From the NCBI GenBank assembly GCA_030704615.1, contig CM060732.1, forward strand, positions 60,140,001-60,204,000: DNA of 64,000 nt. Reading direction: 5' to 3'. The position numbers and the translations under genes were made by a program. The DNA is from Takakia lepidozioides (lineage: Eukaryota > Plantae > Bryophyta). Below, one piece after another: positions 23,177 through 35,493 of this stretch. How positions within the stretch are numbered: the stretch's first letter is position 1; each line of letters begins with the position of its first letter. A model generated the notes under the pieces. That model was not told the DNA's origin and made no database searches. It saw nothing but the letters and a program-made list of their open reading frames with translations.

Positions 23177-23503
23177 TGTCAAGTTATTTTACCACTAGTG
23201 TGAAACTAGCTAGGAAATAGCTAGCTTTTACATATTGACATTTGGGATTGGCCCAAGTGTCAATCCAGGGGTCAAAGCAGATTTAGGCCCTGGAGTGGTT
23301 ATCTTCACGGCAAGCGCGGGAGGCTCATCTTTCTCGAGTTGAGCCTCACCGCGCCTAGCTATGGCGCCGTAGTGTGGATTCCCCATGGCGTGGGGTGCAC
23401 TTGGCTTGACTTGTATTTGAGTGATGAGGTTATATATGCATGAGTTTATGCTTCAGCTTTGTGCGCTCGCATGAGCTTGTGCTTGTATTCTTCCTCTTTA
23501 TCA
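23177..23503 (+). repeat. Terminal repeat A2 (327 bp)
   Basis: Copy of 11471-11797; joined to B1 by GC and to B2 by T. Confidence 0.95.
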
Positions 23504-23504
23504 T

Positions 23505-23692
23505 TGTGTGGACTAGTGACTGCCATAGTGGGCAGCGTAGTGGCAGCCTAGTGACTGACTAGTTGTAGCCTAGTGGTTGGACTAGTGGTTGGACTAGTGG
23601 TAGACTAGTGGTATACTAGTGTGTGGTGTGCACATGTGTTGTGTGGTTTTGGACAGCGATGTAGTTGTGTAGCGATATGTATGCGCACGACA
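23505..23692 (+). repeat. Terminal repeat B2 (188 bp), right end of the element
   Basis: Copy of B1; directly followed by the TSD AGGC and resumed Harbinger transposase sequence. Confidence 0.95.
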
Positions 23693-24283
23693 AGGCCGAC
23701 ATATCATAGAAAGTCAGGTATATGAGTGGCCAGCCTAGCTCGCTCTTCTGGGATTGGCTAGCGGATTTCGTTTCCAATTGCGTGGTTTATGCAGGAAGAG
23801 ATGAACAGGGCATCAATATCCCACAACGAACTTCTCGACCAATTCCACATAAATGAATCGTAAAGAGTCACGTTGTCATGCTTGAGGTTTAAAATGAAAT
23901 TGAGTAATCGTTGGTGAGAGGTGAGCTTAGATGGCCTGCCAGTGCAAAGTTTTTCTTCGCCCGTCAATCGAGCATTTGAGATGATAGTCGGCACTACCAA
24001 TGCAGCTAGCTCCTCAAACTCTTCTACACTAAAATTAGTGAGCTGCTTGAAAAGTGTAGGTATGGCTCGCATTGTGGCAAGCACATCCCCGACTCCAACC
24101 TCTCGGTCCATAGACTGCCCATAGCCCTCCTCCATTTCGTTAAAATTGAACAAATCTATCGAACTAGAAACAACTAGCGCAGCTTAAAGAAACACGGAAG
24201 CTCTCCATGTCGTCGAACAGATCATTATCACTTGAAGAAGATGAGCTATCATCGCTTGAGGGAGATGATGAGGAGCCTGCCAT
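23693..24283 (-). pseudogene. Harbinger transposase, 5' half
   Basis: ATG at 24283 (MAGSSSS...); FKQLTNFSVEEFEEL and GRPSKLTSHQRLLNFI (HTH_Tnp_4-like); in-frame stops; joins the 3' half as YVG|LIDVT once the retroelement and one TSD are removed. Confidence 0.85.
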
Positions 24284-25244
24284 GTTGTCTGATCGTCACA
24301 GAGACTCTCAGCCCTTAAACCCTAACGCTCAAAAGTCAGATGAAGCAGCCATTGCCTTCATCCCCAGTTTATGATTTGGTGCCCTCTTTTCTGACTTCGT
24401 GCCCATTTTTCTGCACTTTACGGATTTACTCAAACTCAGACCCGTAACTCGGGTCCAAAGAGGGTACCAAACTCAGGCTCACTTTACGAATAATTCTATT
24501 ATGTGAGCACAATTTAAGATTTCCATATACAATAAATTTATATGCTCACATTAATTTATACATATGAGCATTTACTTTTTGTATTTTGTTTAGGTTGGAG
24601 TTTGGATCGGGATCAAGTTCGGCATCCTGTAGTTCTCTAGCAAACCACATATTATACTATCAATGTGTGGAACCAAGCCCGAGCCTATTTCCAAACCTAA
24701 GCCGAACCTATACCCGAAGCCATATTATTTGTGCCAAACCTATAAATCTCGTCACACCTATAGGTTTGATTAGATCCGAACCTAGAACAATTTGGCCCCT
24801 TACACGCTCACATGCTCGCTCACCACTGCTCACCCCCCTTAACTTTGAACCCCTTAGGGCCAAACTCTGATCCCTGACTTCCCGGCCTCTTTGTTACTCT
24901 TCCCTCTCTAGACTTTCTCACTTTCGCAAGTTCGCTTTTAGCCAGGTTTCATAGATGGTAGATCGTCTCTTAGATTTATGCCCCGGCTGTTGTCATGTGG
25001 TCTGGTTCTTAGCAGCTGTTTCCAGTGAACCATGACTGGTGTCCCTTGCTATCCATTTTGGTGTTATGGGAGTTTAACCCCGATTGTACTGTCTTATGGC
25101 CTCTCACGAGGTCATTTTTTCCTCGTTCTAATTTGAGTAACAGGGCTCCGTTCCCCCTTTAAACAAATATATATATACTAAATTTATTACAGGTAATAAT
25201 ATAATTACATTTATAATGTGCTTTGCAATATATATATGTATATT

Positions 25245-25383
25245 AAAGGAAACCTGGGAGCGACTGCTCACCATTCAGGCCCTTGAGGAGGGGGAAACCT
25301 GCAGGACAGAGTAGCAGGATTTAAACCCTGAACCACCAGTGTCACGGCACACAGTGCACTTATCCAACTGAGCTACCAGCCGC
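25245..25383 (-). mobile_element. tRNA-derived SINE (~140 bp)
   Basis: Minus strand has A box TAGCTCAGTTGG and B box GGTTTAAATCC; the acceptor stem does not pair; a non-tRNA 3' body shared with 227-269 ends in an AT-rich tail. Confidence 0.7.
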
Positions 25384-26697
25384 AGGTAATATATTTTACT
25401 TGGGTGTAAATTGGACACTATTCTATCATTAAATACAAAAATATACTAAGAAATTGCTATAAATTAAAAAGGAAACAAAAAAAATTGTGTAACTAAATTG
25501 AGACAACAACTATAATTGAGTTTATCTTATAATTTCAACTAATGAATTCACATTGTGATTAAAAGGGTCTCCGTCCCCTTTAAAAACAAATTAAAATAAA
25601 TTAAAATAAAAAATCACATTGTGAAGATTGAATAGAGGATATGATGCATCTAAAAGAGGTTTTGCAGAGGACCACCAGGTCTCAACACATGTGAGGTTCT
25701 GCCAAGGGGTTTATGGAGACCGCTGGTTCTGGTTCCTCCTCCATCTCTAAATCCCTGCTCCGGTTCATCCTTCTATCGTTAGTGAGGTAATAACATAATA
25801 CGTTTGCAAACATAAATACAAACCATAGGCCTGTTGTAATTACATTTTTTTGAGAAAACATTTGGAATTATTGGAACCGGGATATTAACCCTTAATTTCC
25901 CAAGCCCTTTTTGGAGTTTTTAACAATCTTGGGTACCCAGCTGCAGTAAATTGCCCCTAGAAAACTACCAAAAATCATCCATAGATTCCAGCCACATAGT
26001 TTCTGGCCCAGCTCATTTATGCCCAACATATCAAAAAATGAGCCAACTCCACCATGGAATTGTCAGATTATAACGTTGGCCCGAAACTCAAATTTCAGGT
26101 CTCAAAGGACAAGTGGGAAAAAATTAGGTTTGACCAAATCAATACCTGGCTTTATCCAATTTTGCTTGCCCACCATTTCCAAATCCACAGGGGGAATGGC
26201 TGCTAATTGCAGCTCCAACAGATTTTTTCACCTATGGTTACTTTGTATGTAATTACATAGGGGTTAAAATCTAAAAATTGACAAGGAAAAATGTGCCTCC
26301 AAACGAAGTACTTTTTTTTCTACAAAATTTCTAAAACCCAAGGGTGGATGTGTGTATGTAATGCTCACACACCACAAGGTGAAGTGGTTTATATATATAT
26401 ATATATAAGTTTTTACTAACTTTATTGATTTTACAATTTGGGCCTGTTTACCCGCCACGTCAGCAGTCAGCAAACCCTTTACAAGGCCAAAGTCTGACAT
26501 TGTTACCTTAGATATTTTCTGTAGGTGGTAGCTTTTGTTTTTTGTTAATTTTTCTTTTTGCATCATATTCGAGACAAGTCCTTTGTCATAAAAGCTTCAA
26601 GAGTGCCGGCCCATCAGAGGAAATCCGCTGAAATTAGGTGGAAGTGGAAATTCAGAGCGACCCAATTCGGGTCGCTTGGGAAATCAAGGGTTAAAAC

Positions 26698-26800
26698 CAG
26701 TGTTGGGCGGGTATGTCATCATGACCTACGGGGCCGGACTTGTGACTATAAAAACCCATTAGAAGCCCGCCAGGCCCGGACTTGTACCCACCCAACACTG
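26698..26800. mobile_element. Miniature hAT-like MITE (103 bp)
   Basis: TIRs CAGTGTTGGGCGGGTA / TACCCACCCAACACTG (15/16); no convincing TSD. Confidence 0.55.
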
Positions 26801-28399
26801 ATAACTACCTGCATACCTGCCTGGAGGTAGATGTAGGAGATTAGTTAGTGATTCTATGACTATTATTGATCGAGTTTTGATAGCGGCCAGGGAGTGTTGA
26901 GGGTCACACTTTGCACGGGTACTCAGTTGGGCAGAATGCTGCAGATCTGCTCAGACATGCTATAACTTACTCGCACTGTGATCCATCCTCGATTCCTCGT
27001 GTGATTCCAGTGTGCAGTGGGAATCACGTGTGCGTGGCATGACACTCAAATCACAGATTCTGACGGGTCTTTGGATGGTGTCATAGACCAAGAAAGGGCT
27101 CACGAGTCACATACTAAGCTAGCCGCCTTGTACAGGTGAGAGAGAACAGGGATCAAGCGCTAGATGGACGTCACTACGTCACTACCGATCTTACTTGTGG
27201 TGGAAGCGGGTGAAGCCTTTGATCTCACCTGGCCAATGACCTCCTAAATCGGCCTATGGTCCTCATGTCCCTCCTCATATTTTGTTTCGGACCTTCTTGT
27301 GCAGCTTCCATGGCGGACGCTGAAGGGGCAACGCCATCCTACGGCTTCATCTTCCACAGTTTCTTCACCCTTGTACACCTTCCAGTTCATAACAATGACA
27401 TATGGCCTCCCAACGCCAAGTTCATTTCTATACTCTTTAATTCCAGAGGGCCCTAAATGGTACTCGCCGGGTGCTTGAATAGTTCTCATAGTATTTCCTT
27501 TCACCTTGTTTTGTACATGTCAGTTGGTTTTTGTACATGTCAGTCCTCTTTTATGAAGAACAGTTTTCTTCAGGACCAACAATCAGAGGTTTTTTGTGGC
27601 TGACGAATTAGTTTTCGTACATATCAAATAGTTTTTGGAATACTTTCAGGTATGCCACAAATTGGAGTTGTCACCAAGAGATGAGGAAGACTGACTCTCA
27701 GATCATGCAATCCGTCACCACTCAACTGCGATATCTTTGTTATATGAAAGTACCATCTTCGTAGCTAGTTTTATAAACTGGAAGTAGTTCTTGAAAGGCT
27801 TTAATGACACAAAGGAGGCGGCCTGACACGGACCACCTTTGCATTTACCAAACAACAGGTATCACGGGTCCACTGCGTTGCTATCGAGTGGGCAGCAGAT
27901 GCGTAAGTAGGTCTGGCTGTGTGTTTGCAGACCACACAGAAGGTGAGGCTCTCCACGTCTCCACTCCCTCTGTTTTAAACTTCCATTCACTCGGCGGGTG
28001 GGAACGTGGGAACTGACTGTGATGATGAAGGAAGCAAGTTTCTTGCGCACTGTGGGTATGATTGTGTCCGAGTTGCGGACTAACAATAGTAGGAGCTTAT
28101 CCTGCAAGCCTGGAGCCTAATAGCTATGGCGGCGATGAAGCAGCTTGTCAGACACTCTCACAGCTGGAAGGCTTCAAGCGCCGGACAGCCTGCACTTACG
28201 CTCTCTGCCATTTGCGTGTGGGGTCCGGATAAACGATAATCATGTTTTTGGCTCCACACTGGTATGCTTACGGGATTTGAGCCCCGGATCACTTGCTGTG
28301 CAGCTCCATTATGTTCCCAGGCTGTTGGAAGCTCCATTAACACTGGAGAAATGCATGGCATGCTCCTACATCATTTCAGAACAGAGACACTCTGGCCTT

Positions 28400-29450
28400 C
28401 TTCCAATAAACAAAGTCCTAGAGGTCAAAAAACGAATGTTTGGGGGGGAACTCTGCCAGAGGGAGAGCCGCGCGAGAATTTCGTGGGCCATACATAGAAG
28501 GGGATGTATTGCATAATAGAAAAAGGTGCTGGGTATCTCCAAGTTTTACGCATAACATCATTGAGTCCCTTGGTAAGTGACAAGTTATGAATCCCAGTTT
28601 TGTGGGAACAATGACTGTTCGAAGTTTATTGCACAATCTCTCGGATTAGTATTCAAATGCGAGATGGAGAGGATGAGGATCGCCCATCATCAGCGGGTAT
28701 TTCTCAAGACGGGTCACGGGTTGTTAGGAACTTTCGAGTCTTTCATGAATTGGCCATTGGAGGCCGTGCTATTCCATGGGGCTGGGGCCAAGTGTTAGTA
28801 ATAATGAACTTGTCTGTACAATGTACTTTTGCTAATGCCATACTTGTACCGCAACGAGGTGCACGCGGTGAGGTCAGATTGTATGAACTGTTTGAACATT
28901 CAGCGGAACTTCTGGGAAGTTCAGTAGGCTAGGCATGTTGTCTGTGGTGCCCAAAAATGACGAAACTCTGACTGTTGGTGGAATAGACGTGCAAAGAGAG
29001 TCTCTCCTTCTCATACATACATGTCGCAAAAGTTCTTTCAATAGGCTGGCATGAAAGACACGATTGCGACTTTGAGACGTCCACTTCTCTCGTGCTACTG
29101 TTCAAAAAATTTATAACCCAACGTCCATAGAAATTAGCGACAGGAGAGCCTGATGGAGAGGGAGAGATGGCCTTGGACCGGTTTATTGAATGTCTTTGAA
29201 TCATTCTCATCACAGTACACGAGCATTCTACTGGAGTATGCAAGAAAAAGAATATCTGAGATACTTAGCTGACGAACATATATTAGTTCTACTTTGTAGG
29301 GTGCAAGTCGCCCCAGGAGTGTCGTCAAGATAAGACCAATGGATATCGGCAAAGTTCACTGCACATGATGAGGGGACCCTTGATCCGAATAATGTATATA
29401 CTACAGGTTGCACGAGCTGAGATGCAAAGCAAGCCTGAGCAAAATTTGAG
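28400..29450 (-). pseudogene. Degenerate LINE ORF2 remnant (RT C-terminus and zinc finger)
   Basis: Fragments NFADI (FADD-like), KYLR (KYLG-like) and LCVKLGDTQHLFLLC (zf-RVT-like) occur in the expected order across broken frames. Boundaries approximate. Confidence 0.45.
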
Positions 29451-29698
29451 CGAAATCAAATCCATAAAATCAGGCAGCCAGGGAGTGTCGCTTGACAAGA
29501 TCAGGAAGATAGCTGATCTCCTAGCTAAACTCTAAAGATTCGCTTTCCCTGTGGGGGCAACAAATCTACACCATGCAATGCCAGGACAATTCCCACTCGC
29601 AACTGTCCACATACAGTTAAGGCTGCAAGAGCTATGTGATGGGAAGGAACAGGCCTGCTGATTATGGGCCCAGAATTTTCTGCATCCTGGTTATGCTG

Positions 29699-31709
29699 TC
29701 AACCCTGAGGAGGCGTTGAGAGGTCGGAGATAACTGTGGGAAGGATCTTGTCCGTGAGCTGTTGATAAAAGTGGGTGGTGGGATGAAAACTATCCCAGAA
29801 CAAGTAGCCGTATCCATCAGCACAACTTCCAACGGCCGCGTTGCACAAGATTGCAGTCTCAAGGTCTCCAGTTCCGCAGCAGGCCGTCCTAGCCTGAGTG
29901 AATCCTGTACAGGAGAATGAGAATGACGGAATATCAAAATACAGGAACTTTTTTGGAACTCTGTGTCGATAATTAAACAGAAATATAGTCACGTCCGGGC
30001 CGAGCAGGGACCCATCGTACAGGGTGGAACAAAGAAGAAAGAGAGGGAGGCTACAGGGTAAACTGAGTAAAGGGATTTCCAGAGAACTCTGGAGAGATCA
30101 AGCTTACCGTATTGCGTGGGATTTTGAAACACTTCGTAGAGGTAGGTGTAAATGTCAAGAATGAACAACCGCGCTCCTGACATCTGCGGTTTCATCTCCT
30201 CCTCGACGAGTTGCTGTAATCCAGCGTTAAATCTAAGAGCCACTTGATTATATTCCTCGATGCATTTTCCTTGACCGTTGTGCAGGGAAATCTGTGCTGG
30301 AAGGCACCCGATTGGCGGGAGACCTAAAATCACAATTTTGCGCGCCCCAAGACCGTAAAGCTCCTGTATCATCGTCAAAGTCAGCATCTCTGAAACTTAA
30401 ATCGCATTCAAGGCTAGTTTTACAAACTCACGTCTCTCTCAGATTCTGTCTCTCACGCTAGCTGCACCATAGTTCACAATGCCTCAGCCTCTTTTCTCCC
30501 TATCTTCGATTTACTGCGAGATAAATGTGTCTTGCACTCCCACTCCGTCGTGGTGGTTCTCTTCACCTCCTTGAAAACATGCGACATGTCCTGGGAACAG
30601 ACAACATTCTTAACTAGCAGTGATTGAGGCGACCATACTGCCGAATGCTATACCGCAACGCAGAGCACATGGACATAGTTATCAAATTTAGAAACATCGT
30701 CAGCAGCTCAATTTCGCTGAAAGAAAAGAGACCCACCAACCTGAACATACTGCCGGAGATTGCCAAGGAGTAAGGCTTGGTATCCATCTGTATTGTACTG
30801 TTGAGACAGCACCGGATTCATAAAGTAGTTGTTCACGTAGTCATTGGAACCTGAGCCTATCGCATACAGGGCATTGCTCAGAATATAGTTTCCTCTCTCT
30901 TGCCCGGCAACGGTCAAGACCTCCCGTCTGTACAATTTGTACCACGCTAACTGTGCCGTCATTCCCTTCACGTTCTGCACCACAGGACACCACGATCAGC
31001 AACATAAGGGAACCTGCAAGACTTCACATATTCTATATGACCAAAGCGTCAACATGGCTGCATTCAGACCCATCTGAGTCTAATAATTCAGATTCCACCA
31101 AGTTTGGGTGTCACATTGCCCCGCAGCAGGCTTACACATGCAGTGATGGTTGGGACTCACAAAATGCAAAGCTGTGTCATCGTTCAACCCCGAAGCTGCC
31201 GATGCGAAATTGACACCGGTCAGAATAGCCTCCCCGTGAGCATTGGGGTCTAAATAAGCAGGTATCAATGGAAGCCCCAGTTTGGTAGCTGCAGCAGGGA
31301 CCACTTCAACAGGTTAGGAGAGATGCAAAAGCTCCGTAAGCTTGAGGTGTATCGTGTGGATACGCAGATAGTTATAAGAGCGCTCAACTCCCAGATCAGG
31401 CAAAAGTTGGTAGAGGGGAAGAAATTCACCTGCATAGTCGACGACCAGTTGTCCATCGGAGAACCGTCCGGTGGGTTTACCTCCTTCAAACAGCCTCCCA
31501 TACGGCGCGAAATCACTCTTGACAACTGTGACAAGGTAGTTGTTATTCCCTACATCCAGTGTCGAATCACCAAAAATGATGAGGGCAGGAACAATGGGTT
31601 GTGAGACATTCGCGCAGAGCACTGTTCTACCGAGAAATCCAACCGCAGCCAAAAGGAATGTCAGTCCCATTTCCCATACTAGACACATATCCAAAAGCCT
31701 TGACCTCAT
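29699..31709 (-). CDS. GDSL esterase/lipase, 5 exons (31709-31430, 31288-31161, 30974-30741, 30363-30108, 29904-29699)
   Basis: [36 protein letters not shown]...PIGCLP, FWDSFHP; signal peptide; GT-AG introns in canonical GDSL positions. The start could be a downstream Met. Confidence 0.93.
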
Positions 31710-32949
31710 CCTTCTGGGTCGAATACTAGAGGAGGCTACGCTGAGCGTGTAAACACCAGCGCCCTCGCACTAGAGACGAACAACGTTACAGAATGAGCTC
31801 AAATGCGTGAAGAGAGATCGTAGCAAACCAGTACGCAGAGACTACATACTCTACACTTGGGGGCTGCCATAAATGTCTGAGTGGGCCCAGGAGACAGGGT
31901 GGCAGCCCTGCTCTCTCCTCAGTCCTCACCAAAACTCTGGTCTTCCCGCAGTATTCTTTCTTGGGAGGAGCTGATGATGAGACAGTTAGCCCAGAAGGTG
32001 TCATCTGAAAAGTGCATATCCATCCTCACTATCACCACCTTGTGATGATGAACACACATCTATATGTATTATGTACAATCAACCCTGGATAAACACTGGA
32101 ATTTGTGATGTTGATACCCCTTATGTGGGGCACCGACAGATGATTAGACATTTGAGTTTAGAGATGAAGCCGATGAATCCCATCAACCCAGCTTGCTCCT
32201 GCTACTTCTGAAGCAGTCATATAGATGGCATGAGTGAACTACATTACTGTTTCTGCAGCAGCAACTCCATCATACAATGGAGATGATAAAGAAACACAAT
32301 CATGGGAGAAAGACTTGGTTAGAATTTGCATTAAGGGCATTCGAGGACGGTTATTCATTTGGAGTATTGTTGTGTTGATCTGAGAATAGCACATCAAGCA
32401 ATCCTTCAAAAGGAAAACATCCACTGGTACACATATCCTAATCTTTATTTTAATCCCTCTGCACCCTCTTTATGTGTTTATCCCTATACATGTTAAATTC
32501 TCTGCTGCTCTGGAGGCCTAACATTTATCAGGGTTGACTGGAATAAGGGACAGTGTATAAAATAAGAAGATCATGTAGCTGGAAAGGGTACACATGCAAA
32601 TGCTAATCAAGAAGTCTCTTAATCTCTCTTTGCCTTGCCACCTTCCCAGGCTGATCTCGAGGTGCAGCAGTTATAGCTCGAATCCGAGGGCAGTGTTTCC
32701 CCCCAAACCCAACACGGATGCCCGTCGACGGCGACGGTGTCGGAAAGATTCCGTTTTAATGGATGTTCCGTGAATGATACTCGAATCGTGCCAGGGGTTT
32801 CTTTCAACTGCAAACTGGATGGAGCTGTTCGCTCTGGAGCTGTGCGATGGCTTTGGCGGAGGAGCGACATGCAGGTGCAGGACCTAAACGCCGACTGCTA
32901 CACTCTTTCAGAAGTATGACAGACTCACCATGGCTTTCACTTTTTCTTG

Positions 32950-34460
32950 GATGGAGCTGCGGGCGATGGTGTTTTGAGTCTCTGGCAGGTAAGTATCCAT
33001 TTCCCATGTGGGGCAAGCTCTACAAGTGTGTGCACAGAGACTGAGGCGCGTGGGTCACCTGCAGGTGGAAGTCTTTTTCTTTTGGTGGGTTTTATTTGAG
33101 GTTGAAAGGGGAGCCTCAGAATCTGAACAGCCTGCAGAGGCTGTATTTGTTCATGAGAGAGGGAATTGGGCTTTGCTTTCTTGATGCTGCTTAAAGAAGC
33201 TGGACAACCTCGTCTTACACCGTAAATTTGTAGCAACTGCTGCAATGGGCATCGGTGGAGTATGAAGAAAAGAACCGAGTGAGGGATTGAGCTGATCTCA
33301 AATGTTATCGGATGTTGAGGAATTTTGTTGAATTTCGGGGCAATTTTAACGAGAAGTCGTTGAGCCCATTTGATCTCAAACCTGTGTTTTTCCTAACAAA
33401 TCAAACGCCTTCCAGATGGATCAGCACCTGGTGAGTTTCCTTGATAATTGTTAGAGCTGGGATTCGCCATCCAGGTCCTGAAAAGGGAACTTAGTGTGAA
33501 TTAGTGCTCCATGGTGAAATTGGAACATGTATATCTACTTCATGAGTTTGGAAATGAGTTTTTTGGATAGTGTGGGCAATCTCCTTTTCAAACTGTCTTT
33601 TATTGGGTTTTTGGGAACCTATAGTCTCTTTCTCAAGGTCCTATCCGAAGAGCTGTAACTAGAATTTACTTTGTCGCTCGTCCACGAATGAGGGTGTTGA
33701 TAGCATCTAATCTCTCTATCTTCCATGAACTTAGGAGAAGAAGGCTTTTACCACAACCACGCGTCCTCTTCAGGCTTGACCTGAATTCCCGCAATAGATT
33801 CAGTGAACCCTTGTTGTTTATTCAAATTCAAAGAAGTCATCCACGCAATTTAAGCTGGAAAATCTCTGCATTAGGGTGTTTCATTTGTATGGACACCTTT
33901 TCTGCAGCATTTCTGTTCAGATCTCATAAACCTCTCAAAATACTTCTGAGATTGTTTGGGGTTGTTTGAGAACAGCTTCTTATTCCCAGAAAGACCTGAT
34001 AGAGGACCAGTGGATTATTCTGTATAATCCACTGGAGGGGGACTCCCTGCATCTGCCTGTCCCCCTCCACCACCTTAGTCTGTATGGAAATGAGAAAGAG
34101 ATTGATGAAGGCTAGATTTATAGCCAAGACTATCAGTTGGGGAGAAGCTTCATAATCGATGCATTTCAGGCACACTTGGGCAGTCCTGAGTTACAACGTT
34201 TGTTGCAACATTCTCATAGATCTACTGTGCAAGTTAAGCTTGACTAGTGGGTAGGCACAGAAGTGATCCAGATATGCAACACTCTGATATGCAATTGCAA
34301 AATTTAGCCACCAAGGCACGCATACCAGTGATCTCCACAGGCGACAGAGATGAATAAACATGACCTCCGGGTTGTGCACCATGTGTTTTGCTGGATGATT
34401 AACTGAGTGAAGCCCCAAGCTGCAGAGCTTCAAATCACCCGTAGACAACACTGTGTCCAA
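32950..34460 (-). pseudogene. Degenerate LINE ORF2 remnant (endonuclease to RT)
   Basis: TGDLK (GDFN-like), LDH (SDH-like), GPGW/GPDG-like and YGVRRGCPAS (GVRQGCPLSP-like) in LINE order; heavily frameshifted. Boundaries approximate. Confidence 0.5.
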
Positions 34461-34998
34461 ACTCCTCAGTGCAACCTCTCCCTCTGGAAGGCTAGGGGAG
34501 AGGATGCCAGATAGGGAAGAATAGGGTGCAAAGAAAGACAGAAAAGGAGATGATTAAAAATAGCCTTGGTTTACTGGTTGTTCCTACATTATGTTTATGC
34601 ATGAATCGCCATGTCAAAAGCCTCCCATTTTTGCTCTTTCTGCTCTCACTATTGATGTTTATCCTCCTCTCTGTCCATCTAAGATGATTCCAAGCTTTTC
34701 CTTTCCCCAATCTGTCGAAGAGATATATCCGCGATCATTATGCATGTTTGTTACTCGTGATGTGCATGTGCTGTAACCTCCCCACCGTGCGACTGGAGGT
34801 TTCGGTTTTGTTGGGATTTTTCTTTGTGTGACCATCACTGAGAAAGTCGGCCCTCAGACCTGAAGTGTAAACAGGCCAACGATAGCCGTTAGGAGGCACA
34901 TGCTACCTCACAGGCGTTTCCAGATGTGTTAAAAGATCAGATGGACCTACTGTTATCTGTACATCATTGAGCCTTCTGTACAGTACCCGATGGTGGTT

Positions 34999-35493
34999 GA
35001 ACAAGTTTGGTGCAATGAATCACTTGGTAAGCATTGTCACCAATTCTACGCTGTAAGATTCCTTGTATGCTTTTTCTTGGTGTATAATTACTCAAGCTAC
35101 CCTCATTAGTTATGTTCTCTGGGTTTCATAGCCATCATGAGACACTGTACACTGTTTCAGCGTCATTTTCTTTTTGGGAAAACTGTTTCAGATGCCATCC
35201 CCCACTGAAAGAAAGGCTACAACAATGTCTTGAACCTCCGCCAGGAACAAGTCTGGTGCAATGAATCACTTGGTAGGCATTTTCACCAATTCTACAATGA
35301 GAGGTTCCTAGTATGCTTCTTCCTGCTGTTTAATTACCCAAGCAGAATGTTCTCCCTCTTGATATCTTCTATCTTTCACAGCCATCATGAGACAATACAC
35401 ACTATTTGCATCTTTTTCAAAAATATTTTCATGATCAGGAAACTGTTTCAGAATGTTGTCTCTCACTGGAAGAAAGGCTGCACAATGTCTTGA
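34999..35493. repeat. Diverged tandem duplication, 2 x ~246 bp
   Basis: GAACAAGT.TGGTGCAATGAATCACTTGGTA at 34999 and 35245; both units end ACAATGTCTTGA. Confidence 0.85.

Larger units (their letters stand above)
11471..23692 (+). mobile_element. Ty3/Gypsy-type retrotransposon, copy 1 (12.2 kb), with C5-MTase, PHD-integrase and permuted A...B-A-B termini
   Basis: TGTC...GACA ends; 4-bp TSD AGGC (11467-11470 / 23693-23696); domain order gag-PR-(MTase)-RT-RH-IN; terminal repeat pairs differ by about one base each, so the insertion is recent. Confidence 0.95.
9631..24497 (-). mobile_element. PIF/Harbinger DNA transposon (~2.6 kb when empty), interrupted by the Gypsy element
   Basis: TIRs AGAGTTATCCGTAAAG (9631-9646) / CTTTACGAATAATTCT (24482-24497), 14/16 match; 3-bp TSD ATT on both sides; contains a split DDE_Tnp_4-type transposase and a convergent accessory ORF. 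Confidence 0.8.

Noticed and set aside
11471-23692. Classification as a DIRS/PAT/Ngaro element because of the split direct repeats and a methyltransferase
   Set aside because: No tyrosine recombinase is recognisable. It has an aspartic protease, an HHCC-DDE integrase, TG..CA ends and a TSD, and the MTase is C5-cytosine type rather than the adenine-type domain of DIRS1.
22987-23692. B-A-B explained as a nested solo-LTR or TRIM insertion, or as an assembly artefact
   Set aside because: No internal TSDs at the B/A junctions, the single TSD encloses A1 through B2, and the independent diverged copy 2 has identical junctions.
8821-25050. A larger outer element bounded by weak inverted similarity (CCGGGGACATAA near 8877 vs TTATGCCCCGG near 24976)
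   Set aside because: The similarity is short and gapped, there is no TSD, and the left part also resembles the SINE 3' end; not supportable by eye.
25305-25383. Functional tRNA gene
   Set aside because: A and B boxes are present, but the acceptor stem does not pair and the sequence continues into a repeated SINE body.
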